Assembly (NCBI GenBank): GCA_028823445.1
Contig: JAPKBH010000008.1
Location: 106-64,105 of the forward strand
Direction: 5' to 3'
DNA length: 64,000 bases
DNA from: Acidimicrobiales bacterium
GTDB lineage: Bacteria > Actinomycetota > Acidimicrobiia > Acidimicrobiales > MedAcidi-G1
In this document: positions 41,101-50,200 of the stretch, piece after piece
Layout of the letters: each line of letters opens with the position of its first letter
Numbering within the stretch: the first letter of the stretch is position 1
The notes under the pieces: generated by a model
Told to the model about the DNA's origin: nothing
The model's database searches: none
The model's input: only the letters and a program-made list of their open reading frames with translations
Made by a program: the position numbers and the translations under genes

Positions 41101-42443
41101 ATTACCCGACTTTGTGGATCACCGGTGTTGAGATCTGCCGCTGCTTCCTGCCAATAAGTCGGAATCTCCTCCCGATGAAACCGTTCGGCAATAAGCGAAC
41201 CGTTCCATAGTCCCGGCAGGTTGGCCACCACTAAAACCAGAACCAAAGCGTTGCTTCCCCAAGCCAAACGAGGAAAACGAACCCACCCTGCTTGCAAAGC
41301 AGTTGCCGCAAACACCGCCATACCCAACACCAGTAAAGGCGCCGCTCGTTGCGTGTTACGCAAGCTGAACACTAAGTCAGAAAAACCCGCAGCCCAATTA
41401 AATAATGATCCATAAGGTGAGCGGCCGCCGTGGCGAAACGAACCTACCGAAATCACTAAACCCACCACAGAAATCAAAGCGAAATAAGCCCGATGCTGCC
41501 AGCGCACTAACGCCATGCCTAAAAGACAAAAACCAGCCAGACCGAAAGAAACCAGCAACAACCAAAGGCGTTCCATGTAGGGATCCGCTAAACCAGCCAG
41601 CCACAGGCCACCCGGGTCACGGCCATAGAAAAACCAATACCCCAAACCTCGTAACACTTCAAAAGAACTGGTGGTGTTGTTGGTAGAGGTCAGAGTTTCG
41701 GTAAGCGACAAAATAGGCAAGCCATGCCAGCCGCCAATAGCCAAAGCTACCATCCACCAGAGTTGGGTAGCCAAAGTCAAAACCCCGGCCCGCAACACCG
41801 CTCGCCCAGCCTGGCTCTGCGAAATTGCCGGGTCCGACCAAGCTGCTACCGGGGCCCACAGAACCGCTCCGAGCACCACAAAAAATATTGAACTCCCGTT
41901 TATAGACCCGGCCACCGTAACTAACAAAGCAAAAATTGCTGGCCAGCGCCAGCCACCGCTGGCCACTGCAGCCGCCATAGCCAGCACCAACCAAGGAAAA
42001 AGAGAAAAGGGAAGAAGTAACGCTGATTGACCAGTCAGGTGGCCCAGCAAAAACGGGCTCAACATGTAGACCATGGCGCCGGTTAAGTGGGTGGGGTGAT
42101 CGGGTGCCACTCGACGCATTAACGCCAGTACTCCAAGGCCCGCCATTACCAAGATTGATCCGTACCACAAGCGCTGGATCAGCCAATCAGCCAACCCCAG
42201 GGTTTGCCCTAACCAGTAAAAAGGCCCGGCGGGAAACAAGTAACCAATGTTTTGATGAGTGACCGTACCTAAACCAAAATCTGGGTTCCAAAGCTGCGGC
42301 GCACTGGCCAACAACGACCCCGCATCAAGGTGGAGGTACTGCTTGATATCTGCGTTGACCACCCCAGGGCGAGTCAGCATCAACGGCCCATAAGCCGCCA
42401 CAACCAACACCAGTTCCCGCCACCGGGTGCGCAAGACCCTCAT
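38187..42443 (-). CDS. AftD-like alpha-(1->3)-arabinofuranosyltransferase family membrane protein (DUF3367, GT-C fold with discoidin-like carbohydrate-binding modules)
   Basis: About 1418 aa. The first ~430 aa are polytopic membrane, followed by a large soluble region with F5/8-type-C-like motifs (FDGDPLTSWR, IDGDPGTHWSPEF) and C-terminal TM helices. The ATG at 42443 forms an ATGA overlap with the GT4 stop. The ORF track extends to 42506. Confidence 0.78.
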   Translation of the reverse strand: MRVLRTRWRELVLVVAAYGPLMLTRPGVVNADIKQYLHLDAGSLLASAPQLWNPDFGLGTVTHQNIGYLFPAGPFYWLGQTLGLADWLIQRLWYGSILVMAGLGVLALMRRVAPDHPTHLTGAMVYMLSPFLLGHLTGQSALLLPFSLFPWLVLAMAAAVASGGWRWPAIFALLVTVAGSINGSSIFFVVLGAVLWAPVAAWSDPAISQSQAGRAVLRAGVLTLATQLWWMVALAIGGWHGLPILSLTETLTSTNNTTSSFEVLRGLGYWFFYGRDPGGLWLAGLADPYMERLWLLLVSFGLAGFCLLGMALVRWQHRAYFALISVVGLVISVGSFRHGGRSPYGSLFNWAAGFSDLVFSLRNTQRAAPLLVLGMAVFAATALQAGWVRFPRLAWGSNALVLVLVVANLPGLWNGSLIAERFHREEIPTYWQEAAADLNTGDPQSRVMEIPGVDFASYRWGHTLDPITPGLIERPYVARELLPHGDQSGANLLVAFDRSMQEGWFEPAALPEIARLLGVGDVVLRSDLEYERYRTARPRPLWAMLVDPPEGLASPRAFGEPVPNVAGEEHPMFDELELGIPLDAVDPPPVAIFAVEDSLGMVRARPVDSSLVVSGDGEGLVALAAAGLLDAADGVVRYAASVKSLSPTDRLAVTDTNRERAERWYAMNANVGYTEPLGAASLFPDVSDVRIRPVDGAPTTHAEYRVVSAEGEDLGFASVGATGYGNRVFLNPEFRPVNAFDGDPLTSWRIEEYGEAVPPELVLSLSAPTTLNGITFTQPLVGPQDRRVRTLSVVLDGEPGFLVELDARSYVLGGQTVDIGERSMQTASFTFVDGLGPPGPAGFAEIDLGLVVDEVLRVPTEVLSVSNDVDHDVAVVLTRHRTNPAEPVRPDPERIIDRVLDLPSERSWWGEATVRLADWAPDQMLDEILGVPNAEQGGVTARSSDRLAGDLRARALAAIDGDPGTHWSPEFLEQTGQWVSYTVADPITVNRLDLLVVADQHHSIPTRLTVAVDGQEVSLDLPPITPGETLGHVVAVPLVLPQPLTGRTVTVTIAAVKEKETDNWYTGSEVVMPVALAEIGIASLVAPPVPGVFDSGCRTDLVIINGQPVGLRVTGDRATALAGQGLLAVFCDQSLALPAGDTRVQTVDGRFTGFNIDRIVLRSGVGGAATGQWSNPAGELSAQVTVTHQGRSALSAQISQEGESFWLVLGQSFNEGWVASVNGEDLGTPQLVDGFANGWLVNPSAPGQLAVEFRWEPQRLVNRGLIVSALAIFLCLTLAWRGRRFSSAAIRSASPKLLGAQTHVALSQTMALQVALSMGLLGALVSRPWVGVLVAIMGWLSARSTRWRLAPLVLAALAYGGGVAYIIFLQIRWEYEPSFAWPSWGRSAHHFGLLAVLLLMVNVMVQATVERADPEGNL

Positions 42444-43630
42444 GATTTCCTGCGTTGCGCATCGTCGCACAATGCGTTGAGGATGACCGCCGCCGTGTGA
42501 TCCCAACGAAATTGTTTACTGCGTTCTCCGGCCGTCACGGCAAGGGTGCGGCGGCGCTGGTCATCGTTGAGTATTTGTATTAATGCCTCTGCCATTGCTG
42601 GCCCGTCGCTTACCAGAACGCCGGTTTCTTCGTTCATCACTGCATCAGTATGACCAGGAATATTGGTAGCGATCGCCGGGGTGCCACAAGCAGCCGCTTC
42701 GGTGATGGTCATGTTCCACCCTTCGCGACGAGACGGGGCAGCCAGCACCCAAGCTTGGCGATACAAACGAATCTTTTCCTCCGGCGAGACAAACCCCGGC
42801 ATCTGCAACCAGTCATCGGCCTTTTGATCTTTGACCTCAGCGGCAATTGCTTCATGCTCTGGCCCGTCACCAAAAATGGTGGCCCGCAACTCGGGAATCT
42901 CTTGGCGTACCCGTACCAGCACATCGACCAAACGATCGAAAGCCTTGGGAGGCATAAACCGACCTCCGGCCACCACCGAAGGATAAAGAGACTTCTCTAC
43001 CGATTCGTTTAAGCAAAAATCTTCTGCCACCCCCACGGGTCCAACCCGTAACCGAGAACGTTTGATACCCATACGAGACGAAATCTCATCGGCAGAAGAA
43101 GGAGACAAGGTAACCAACGGGGTCTTCTGGTAAAGCACTCGCACCCCGAAGCGTTCAATCAGATACCCCAACTGGGCCAAACCTGGTGGGGCGAGATCAC
43201 CCCAAGTACCCATATGGCAGTGGTGGATAACCCCCACCCTTGGGCGATGCGCCCACAAAGGGGAGAGAAAGGGCATGCCTTGAAAAACATCTACCACCCC
43301 GTCGGCTGCCCCAAGATGCCCGCGCAGAACCCCCAATGCTGCTCCCGGAAAAATCGAGACTCGGCCTCCGGAACGCTGTACCTCAACCCCGTTGCGGATT
43401 AACTTTTCTGGCCCACCGGGTACTGCAGCGGTACGCAAACTCACGCCAAGACCTGCTTCTACCCAATGACGGGTTACCTCGGTCAAATGCACTTCGGCCC
43501 CACCGGCATCCGGAGCATCAAGGTCGCGCCAAGCCACCACCGCTACCTGGCGAAGCCCCAACTGGCCTGCTCTTTCCACCACCGCAGCAAGCGATGGGGT
43601 CTCTTGGTCAAACAAATTAGACGAGTCCAT
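42440..43630 (-). CDS. glycosyltransferase family 4 (GT-B)
   Basis: The EX7E region PSRREGWNMTITEAAACGTPAIAT is typical of GT4. The ORF track extends to 43708, but that would overlap the divergent methyltransferase. The ATG at 43630 (MDSSNLF) is preferred, though the start remains uncertain. Confidence 0.85.
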   Translation of the reverse strand: MDSSNLFDQETPSLAAVVERAGQLGLRQVAVVAWRDLDAPDAGGAEVHLTEVTRHWVEAGLGVSLRTAAVPGGPEKLIRNGVEVQRSGGRVSIFPGAALGVLRGHLGAADGVVDVFQGMPFLSPLWAHRPRVGVIHHCHMGTWGDLAPPGLAQLGYLIERFGVRVLYQKTPLVTLSPSSADEISSRMGIKRSRLRVGPVGVAEDFCLNESVEKSLYPSVVAGGRFMPPKAFDRLVDVLVRVRQEIPELRATIFGDGPEHEAIAAEVKDQKADDWLQMPGFVSPEEKIRLYRQAWVLAAPSRREGWNMTITEAAACGTPAIATNIPGHTDAVMNEETGVLVSDGPAMAEALIQILNDDQRRRTLAVTAGERSKQFRWDHTAAVILNALCDDAQRRKS

Positions 43631-43679
43631 TGACTCTGGTTTAGCAGTCCGGGCACAGCTTTCCGGTACTCTGGCCGTC

Positions 43680-44423
43680 ATGACTTCCGCGGAGGCCCCC
43701 AACGGCACTGGTATCGCTCGCTTACGCTTGCTCTGGAAACTTTTTCGAGACGAACGCCAAAACCCTGAACCCTTCTATCGGGCCTTAGCCGCCGAGTCTG
43801 CAATTGACCTCAATCAACGGTACGGGTTGGCACAAACCAACGTTTTAGACATCGGTTGCGGGCCAGGTTGGTACGCCGAAGCATTGCGCCAACACGGAGC
43901 CACCGTGGTCGGTATCGATGGGAGCGTCGAAGCTCTTACCCGAGCCGATCCGCCAATTACCGGCTTGTCTATCGGCGACGCCACCCGTTTGGCTTTTCCC
44001 GATGCTTCGTTTGATGGGGTGTTTTGTTCAAACATGCTCGAACACGTCAACGACCCCGAAGCAGTGATCAACGAAATGGCTCGCGTGCTAAAACCAGGAG
44101 GGTGGGGCTACCTTTCCTGGACCAATTGGTATTCGCCCCACGGCGGACACCACATGAACCCCTACCAATATTTAGGCACCCGTTGGGGCCCTCGGCTTTA
44201 TGAGAAGCGTCATGGGCCGCCTCCCGACAATCGGTTTGGCAAAGAACTCTTTGCCGTCCATATCGGCCCGACCTTGCGTTTCATGCGCAACCATCCACAG
44301 ATCAGCGTGCACCGAGTGGAACCACGTTATTGGCCCTGGGCTCGACCCATTACCGCTATCCCTTTAGTCCGTGAAGTGTTGACTTGGAATTGCCTCGTTC
44401 GCTTTACTCGTCAAGATATTTAA
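43680..44423 (+). CDS. class I SAM-dependent methyltransferase
   Basis: 247 aa. Motif I VLDIGCGPGWY, then FDGVFCSNMLEHV and LKPGG (Methyltransf_11-like). Divergent from the GT4 gene. Its 3' end overlaps the alr 3' end by 20 nt. Confidence 0.85.
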   Translation: MTSAEAPNGTGIARLRLLWKLFRDERQNPEPFYRALAAESAIDLNQRYGLAQTNVLDIGCGPGWYAEALRQHGATVVGIDGSVEALTRADPPITGLSIGDATRLAFPDASFDGVFCSNMLEHVNDPEAVINEMARVLKPGGWGYLSWTNWYSPHGGHHMNPYQYLGTRWGPRLYEKRHGPPPDNRFGKELFAVHIGPTLRFMRNHPQISVHRVEPRYWPWARPITAIPLVREVLTWNCLVRFTRQDI

Positions 44424-45513
44424 TCGGCAAGCGCCGCCCGAGTTTTGCCAGCAACTCGTAACTAATGGTGCCCAACTCATCGCCCATGTCGCTGGCGGTA
44501 ATCGTTTCGTTTCCTTGCCTGCCTAACAGCACCACCTGATCACCCACCTTGACCGTCTGGTCGACCTCGACCATTGTTTGGTCCATGGTGATGGCACCTC
44601 GAATCGGGTATCGCCGTCCGTTGATAAGTACCTGACCGGCATCTCCCCAAGAGCGCATCAACCCATCGGCGTAGCCCAAAGGCAAGGTGGCCAACTCGGT
44701 AGTTTCCGTAGCCTGCCATCTCTGCCCGTACGACACCGTTTCGCCGGGTTCAATACGGTGCCGGTGAGCCACCACGCTGACCAGTGACCCAATCGGCCGC
44801 AAGCCCAGTTCGGCCATACGGGGACGCAATTCTGGTGAGGGGTCGGCCCCATAAAGAGCAATACCGCAACGCACCATAGAATAATGGGTTTGCGAAAAAG
44901 CCATGGTGGCCGCAGAGTTCGCGGCATGAACCATTTGTGGGCGGTGCCCGGCCGTTGTTAAATCTTCAAGTGCCGTGTCGAACCGTTGGTGTTGTCTTTG
45001 GGTGAGTGGGCTTTCTGGCTCAGCGGCCATAGCAAAATGCGTGAACGCCCCTTCTAAGAAAAGCCCGCAGGATTGCAAATGTTCAGCGGCAACTACCGCT
45101 TCACCGACTGGAACCCCTACCCGATGAAGCCCGGTCTCTATTTTCAAATGAACCGGTGCCCCGGGGGCCACGGCAGCGAACGCCTCAATGCCTGCCTTGG
45201 TGTACACCGCTGGGCGCACCTCTTTGAGTTGAGCCACGGTGGACATCTCTTCGAGAGCGGGTTCAGAAAGAATTAAAAGCGGTGCGGTGATGCCCGCAGA
45301 GCGGAGTTCCACCGCTTCGTCGGTGAGGGCCACCGCCAACCAGTCGGCACCGGCTTCGAGCACCGTTTGGGCGACCTTCACTGCGCCGTGGCCGTAGGCA
45401 TCCGCTTTTAACACCGCACAAAACAAAGAACCGGGCGCTAAACCTCGCAGCACCTCAACGTTGTGGCGGAGATCAATTAACGAAACCTGAAAACTGGTGG
45501 GCCGCTTGGTCAT
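44404..45513 (-). CDS. alr: alanine racemase
   Basis: 369 aa. PLP-lysine motif AVLKADAYGHGA, with RCGIALYG and YADG motifs. Confidence 0.95.
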   Translation of the reverse strand: MTKRPTSFQVSLIDLRHNVEVLRGLAPGSLFCAVLKADAYGHGAVKVAQTVLEAGADWLAVALTDEAVELRSAGITAPLLILSEPALEEMSTVAQLKEVRPAVYTKAGIEAFAAVAPGAPVHLKIETGLHRVGVPVGEAVVAAEHLQSCGLFLEGAFTHFAMAAEPESPLTQRQHQRFDTALEDLTTAGHRPQMVHAANSAATMAFSQTHYSMVRCGIALYGADPSPELRPRMAELGLRPIGSLVSVVAHRHRIEPGETVSYGQRWQATETTELATLPLGYADGLMRSWGDAGQVLINGRRYPIRGAITMDQTMVEVDQTVKVGDQVVLLGRQGNETITASDMGDELGTISYELLAKLGRRLPIKYLDE

Positions 45514-46847
45514 GCGTCAACCCCTAAGCGGCTGAGAACTGCCGGCAACTGTGCGTCGAGGTCCCCCGCTACCACCCCGGTGTTGGGCAAAGCATCGAGC
45601 AAAGCACCGTGAACCTGCGCCCCGGCGACTGCGGCGGCCCAAGGCTGCGCTCCGCGAGCTAAAAAACCACCAATAATGCCCGACAGCACATCACCGGTGC
45701 CTGCCGTAGCCAATCGCTGATCGCCAGACCGCACCAAATACGTTGCACCTGCCGGGTCGGCAATAACCGTGGTGGGTCCTTTGAGCAACACCACGGCTTC
45801 GTATTGTTGCGCCAAGGTGCGGGCCGATTCTAAACGATCGGCGGCCGGAGGTTGGCCGGCCAACATGCGGTATTCGCCATCGTGGGGAGTCATCACCAGA
45901 GGAACATTACGCAACAAAGGCTCGTCAGCAAGAACCAAAGCACGCAAACCGTCCCCGTCGACAACCATTGGTTGTTTCGCCTGCTTTATCCAGCGCTGCA
46001 CGGCGTGACTGGTTTCTTCGCTCGGGCCCAAGCCGGGGCCCAAAACCAAAGCGGCAAAACGCTCAGGGTCTTCAAGCGGGCCAGCAAGATATAACGGATA
46101 CACCACCACCTCTAACGGGGCCGGAGGGCTTGTTTCCCCCGGCACGCTGAGCCGCACGTAACCGGCCCCTGCTCTTTGCGCAGCCCGGCTGGCCAGGTAG
46201 GCCGCCCCTTCCATGCCCTGATGGCCTGCAATGACCCAACAGGCGCTTTGCCACTTATGCGCATCAGAGGGGCGAGACGGAACGAGCCCCGCCACGTCGT
46301 CTACCTGAGCAAACCAACAGTTTGCCCAAGACACGTCAAGGCCGATGTCGGCCACCACAAGGTCACCGCACAGAGATGGGCCTTGGCCTAAAAAATGCCC
46401 CGGTTTGGCGGCGGCAAAGGTGACGGTGCGTTGCGCTGGGGCCGGTTGCCCTATTGCTCTACCGGTGAGGCCGTCGAGGCCTGAAGGCAAGTCCACGGCC
46501 AGCACCGGTGCATCGGTGGTCGGTGCTTGGTAGGGACGGCGCAGGCCAGTCCCAAAAGCTGCATCAATGACCAAAGCAAAACCAGAAATATGCGAAGGCG
46601 TTAAGTGCGCTTCGGCCACCGTTACCTCTTGGCCATCGGCCGTGAGGTGCCGGGCCGCTACCCGCCCGTCGGCACCGTTGGCCCCCGGCCCCACGATGAC
46701 CATTACTTGGTGGGCCTGACCGGTAGGCAACATTTTCTTTGCTTGGTGCGCTACTGCGGCACCCGCTCGTTCAATAAGTTCTTCTTGAGTTTCTTGGGCG
46801 GCCGCATCAAGGGCAGTCATTTCTTGCGGGGTGACAACCGGGAGCAA
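45510..46847 (-). CDS. nnr: bifunctional NAD(P)H-hydrate repair enzyme Nnr (epimerase/ADP-dependent dehydratase)
   Basis: 445 aa. YjeF_N block VIVGPGANGADG and C-terminal carbohydrate-kinase block LATAGTGDVLSGIIG. Confidence 0.88.
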   Translation of the reverse strand: MLPVVTPQEMTALDAAAQETQEELIERAGAAVAHQAKKMLPTGQAHQVMVIVGPGANGADGRVAARHLTADGQEVTVAEAHLTPSHISGFALVIDAAFGTGLRRPYQAPTTDAPVLAVDLPSGLDGLTGRAIGQPAPAQRTVTFAAAKPGHFLGQGPSLCGDLVVADIGLDVSWANCWFAQVDDVAGLVPSRPSDAHKWQSACWVIAGHQGMEGAAYLASRAAQRAGAGYVRLSVPGETSPPAPLEVVVYPLYLAGPLEDPERFAALVLGPGLGPSEETSHAVQRWIKQAKQPMVVDGDGLRALVLADEPLLRNVPLVMTPHDGEYRMLAGQPPAADRLESARTLAQQYEAVVLLKGPTTVIADPAGATYLVRSGDQRLATAGTGDVLSGIIGGFLARGAQPWAAAVAGAQVHGALLDALPNTGVVAGDLDAQLPAVLSRLGVDA

Positions 46848-46854
46848 AACTACC

Positions 46855-47223
46855 TTAGAGAGCCACTGCGATAGCCATGGCGGTGTGTTCGGTGTGGCTG
46901 AGGGTCAACAACCAGCGCTGCACCCCAGCATCTTGCGCCGCTTGTTGGGCCGTGCCGTGGAGCAACAACTCAGGAGCCCCTGATTCGGATTTTATCACCT
47001 CAATGTCATAGAGGGCAATAGCCCCAAGGCCCAAGCCCAAAGCTTTTAGGGCCGCCTCTTTGGCGGCAAAGCGAGCGGCGTAACGTTCCGTGGGGTCGTT
47101 TTTCCGGTCGGCGTATTCTTGTTCGCCGGGGCGAAAAAGACGGGTCCGTAGCCCCGGGGTGCGAGCCAATGACCGGCGAAAGCGGTCGATTTCTACCAGG
47201 TCGGTGCCAATGCCAATCACCAC
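46855..47223 (-). CDS. acpS: holo-[acyl-carrier-protein] synthase
   Basis: 122 aa. Starts MVIGIGTDLVEIDRF, with FAAKEAALKA and SLSHT-like LTLSHTE motifs. Confidence 0.94.
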   Translation of the reverse strand: MVIGIGTDLVEIDRFRRSLARTPGLRTRLFRPGEQEYADRKNDPTERYAARFAAKEAALKALGLGLGAIALYDIEVIKSESGAPELLLHGTAQQAAQDAGVQRWLLTLSHTEHTAMAIAVAL

Positions 47224-50200
47224 GAAGAGCGCAACCGTTCAGCAAGCGAACCTATGGGGTCAATAAGCAGGTCAGCTACCGGTAAGGCCACCAGCAGATC
47301 TTGAGGCAACTCTGGTTCGGTTTCACACACCGCATCTTCAATGGCGTCGTAACGGTCGTGGTAGCCGCGCAGCACCCCTCGTAAGGATTCTTGATCGAGA
47401 TGGTCCACCATTTCAACATGAAGCAAGATCAGTCCAACGGTTTCTGCATCTTTTACTTCGGGCACCAAAACTAGGGTGCGGTCATCTCGGGCGCCTCGGG
47501 TAACTAAGACCTCTCGCTCAACAGCTACCCGGTGTTTGGTGCCTCGCAACACGGGGTCGGTGTCGGTTCGTGAGGCGATAGATGTTGAGACCCCACCACG
47601 GTCCACAATGGACAAGGTTGGGGTTTCGGTGGCTAAGCCCTGCAAGTGGTAGCGGGTAAAGCCAACTACTTCAGCCACCGCAGGGTCCAAGGCCCCCAAT
47701 AAACGCAGGGTGCGGTAACTCAAGGAGTCTCGGGGGGTGCCGGCGGCCATAACCGCTTGGGCCAAGCGGACTTCCAGGAGTGTTTCGTCGGTGCGAGAAA
47801 TACCCACCGTTACCGTTTTGGCTTGATGCTTAATGGCATCAATGGGGCGAGTGAGTTCTTCTATGGCTGTCGTTAAGGCTCCCGCAAGGTCATCTAATAC
47901 CAACCCGGGGGTCCCCACTTGCCCGTATTGACGCTGGTAAGCCTCGAGGGGTACTTCACCTAAGGCGTAGCGAAATAACCCGGCCAAGCGCACCGCAGTT
48001 GAGGCTTCAAGGTGGCCATTAAGTCGACCCGAGCGCAACTCAGAAGAAAAACTCGCTTCAGAGGTCGCTAAAACTTGACCAAGGTCGGCCAGTAACTCTT
48101 CGGTAGGTCCTTGGTCGTTGACCTGCACCGCAACTTTTTCAATAGCGGCATGGGCGTGGCGAAGCGGGTCGGCTTGAGCGTCGATGGCTCGGGCCGCTTC
48201 GTAACCAAAAAGGTGCCCCACCATGGTGGAGAGCACAAATGCTAAACGGGGGTGCACCGAAGGCACCCCAATGAGATCGGGACCATCACCGTATTGGCGG
48301 GCCGAACTGTCGCACACCACGATGGGGGCCGCTCGGTGCGCCCGAAAGATAGCCACTTCTTTTGCAATGTCGTCGGCGGTGGACCCCACCAAGCCGGCCG
48401 CACAAACCAAGATCATTGGTTCTGAAGAAAGGTCAATATGTTTTTTATCTTCGGTGGAGTCGCTGGCGATCGACTTGTAACACAACTCAGAAAGCTTGAT
48501 GCGAATTTCCCGGGCGGCAATCAAGTTGCTTCCGCTGCCCACAATGGCCCAGTGGCGTCGTGGCGGGGCATGACGTTGCGCTACTTCGGCAATGTGCTGG
48601 CGGCTGGCCAGTACCTGTTCCATAGCTTCCGGTAACTCGTTAAGGCCTGACAGTACAACTGAACGGTCATCCGCCCCCGGGGCACCCAGAGCATCGGCTA
48701 AACCCACCGCCAACAAAAATCCGGCAGTTATTTGAGCGTAAAATGCTTTAGTGGAAGCCACGCTCATCTCAACATCTCGTCCATTAGAGGTATAAAGCAC
48801 CCCCTCGGAGCGGTCGGTGAGGTCGCTGTTCCGGCGATTCACGATGGCTACCACTCGGGCGCCACGAGAACGAGCCAAATCAACCGTGCGGTTGGTGTCG
48901 GTAGTGGTTCCCGACTGACTTATCGCCACCACACAGGTGTCGGCCATATTGGGCCGTAACCCGAAACCCGAAAGTTCGCTGGCTAATTGCGCTTCAACCA
49001 TTACCCCGGTGCCGGCCACTTCGGCCCTTATCGATTCCGCTATTGCTTGGGCAGCAATCGCTGCGGTGCCTTGGCCAATAACGGTAATGCGCTTGATGTT
49101 TCCGCTGGCCAAGTCGGCCCGCAATGAATCGTTAAGGGTGGCGGGAGGCAACCGAACGGCCCACTGGTCTTGCTGGTCTTTTACCAAATGTCCACGCAGG
49201 GTTGAGCGAATTGACGTAGGTGCTTCACTTACTTCTTTTAACAAGTAATGCTGGTGGTCCCCGCGGTCGATATCTCGGGTGGTGATCTCTGCAGTGGCCA
49301 GGTCTGCGGGTACTACGGGCAACACTCGCTCATCAAAAGAGCGGCGCACCAAGCCTTCGACCGTACCGGCGGTTGCCGTATCGACCTCGATAATTTGGCC
49401 GCGGCTAACCACCGGGTGGGCCGGGTCGGCCGGGAGGTCACCTTCCATGCGTAAGTAATTTGCCGTAACCTCAACCACCCCGTATGGCTCGCTGGCTACC
49501 ACAGTGACGTCTTCGCCTAAACCGAGGTAAAGCGCTTGACCACTTCCCCGAAGCGAAAGGTATAGCCGCCCAGGGTCGTCGGCCAGCGAAGCGGCGATGG
49601 CCAGCGAACCTTCGAAAGATTGCACGGTTCGACGGAAAGCTTCGCTGGGGGCCAAGCCTTGAGCCAGATGAGCAGCGCAAAGAACGGGAACTACCTTGGC
49701 GTCGGTGGTAATACCTGAGGCGATTGATAGCCCATTTTCTTCAACGAGGGCCGCGTGGTTATCCACGTCACCATTTTGCACCGCAGTCACCAATGGCGTG
49801 GATTGATTATCGTCTCGTGTCGAGTCAAGCGGGTGTGCGTTGGCTTCAGAAACCACCCCCACGCTGGCCCACCGGGTGTGGCCCAAAATCGAACCTTGTA
49901 CGTCCGGAGAAGCCAAAGCTTGGGCCAACCCCTCATCTAATTTCAAGGCGGCCCGCAAAGCAGACGTGTTGTCACCCAGTTCGCCGATTTCTGCTGCTTC
50001 TTTTACCACCCAAGTTTGTGCTCCATGAGCAGTTTCATGGGTAGAGCCTGACCGGTAAAGAGCGTCGAGGCCCTCGGTTAGCTCAACTTTTTGATGTCCC
50101 CACAGGGTGACCTGCAGCCCCGCTGAATCTCGGCCCCTTACTTCAAGGCGATCCAAAGACCGGAGGGCTTGCTCTATCGAAAGCAGCACCGTTAACCCAG

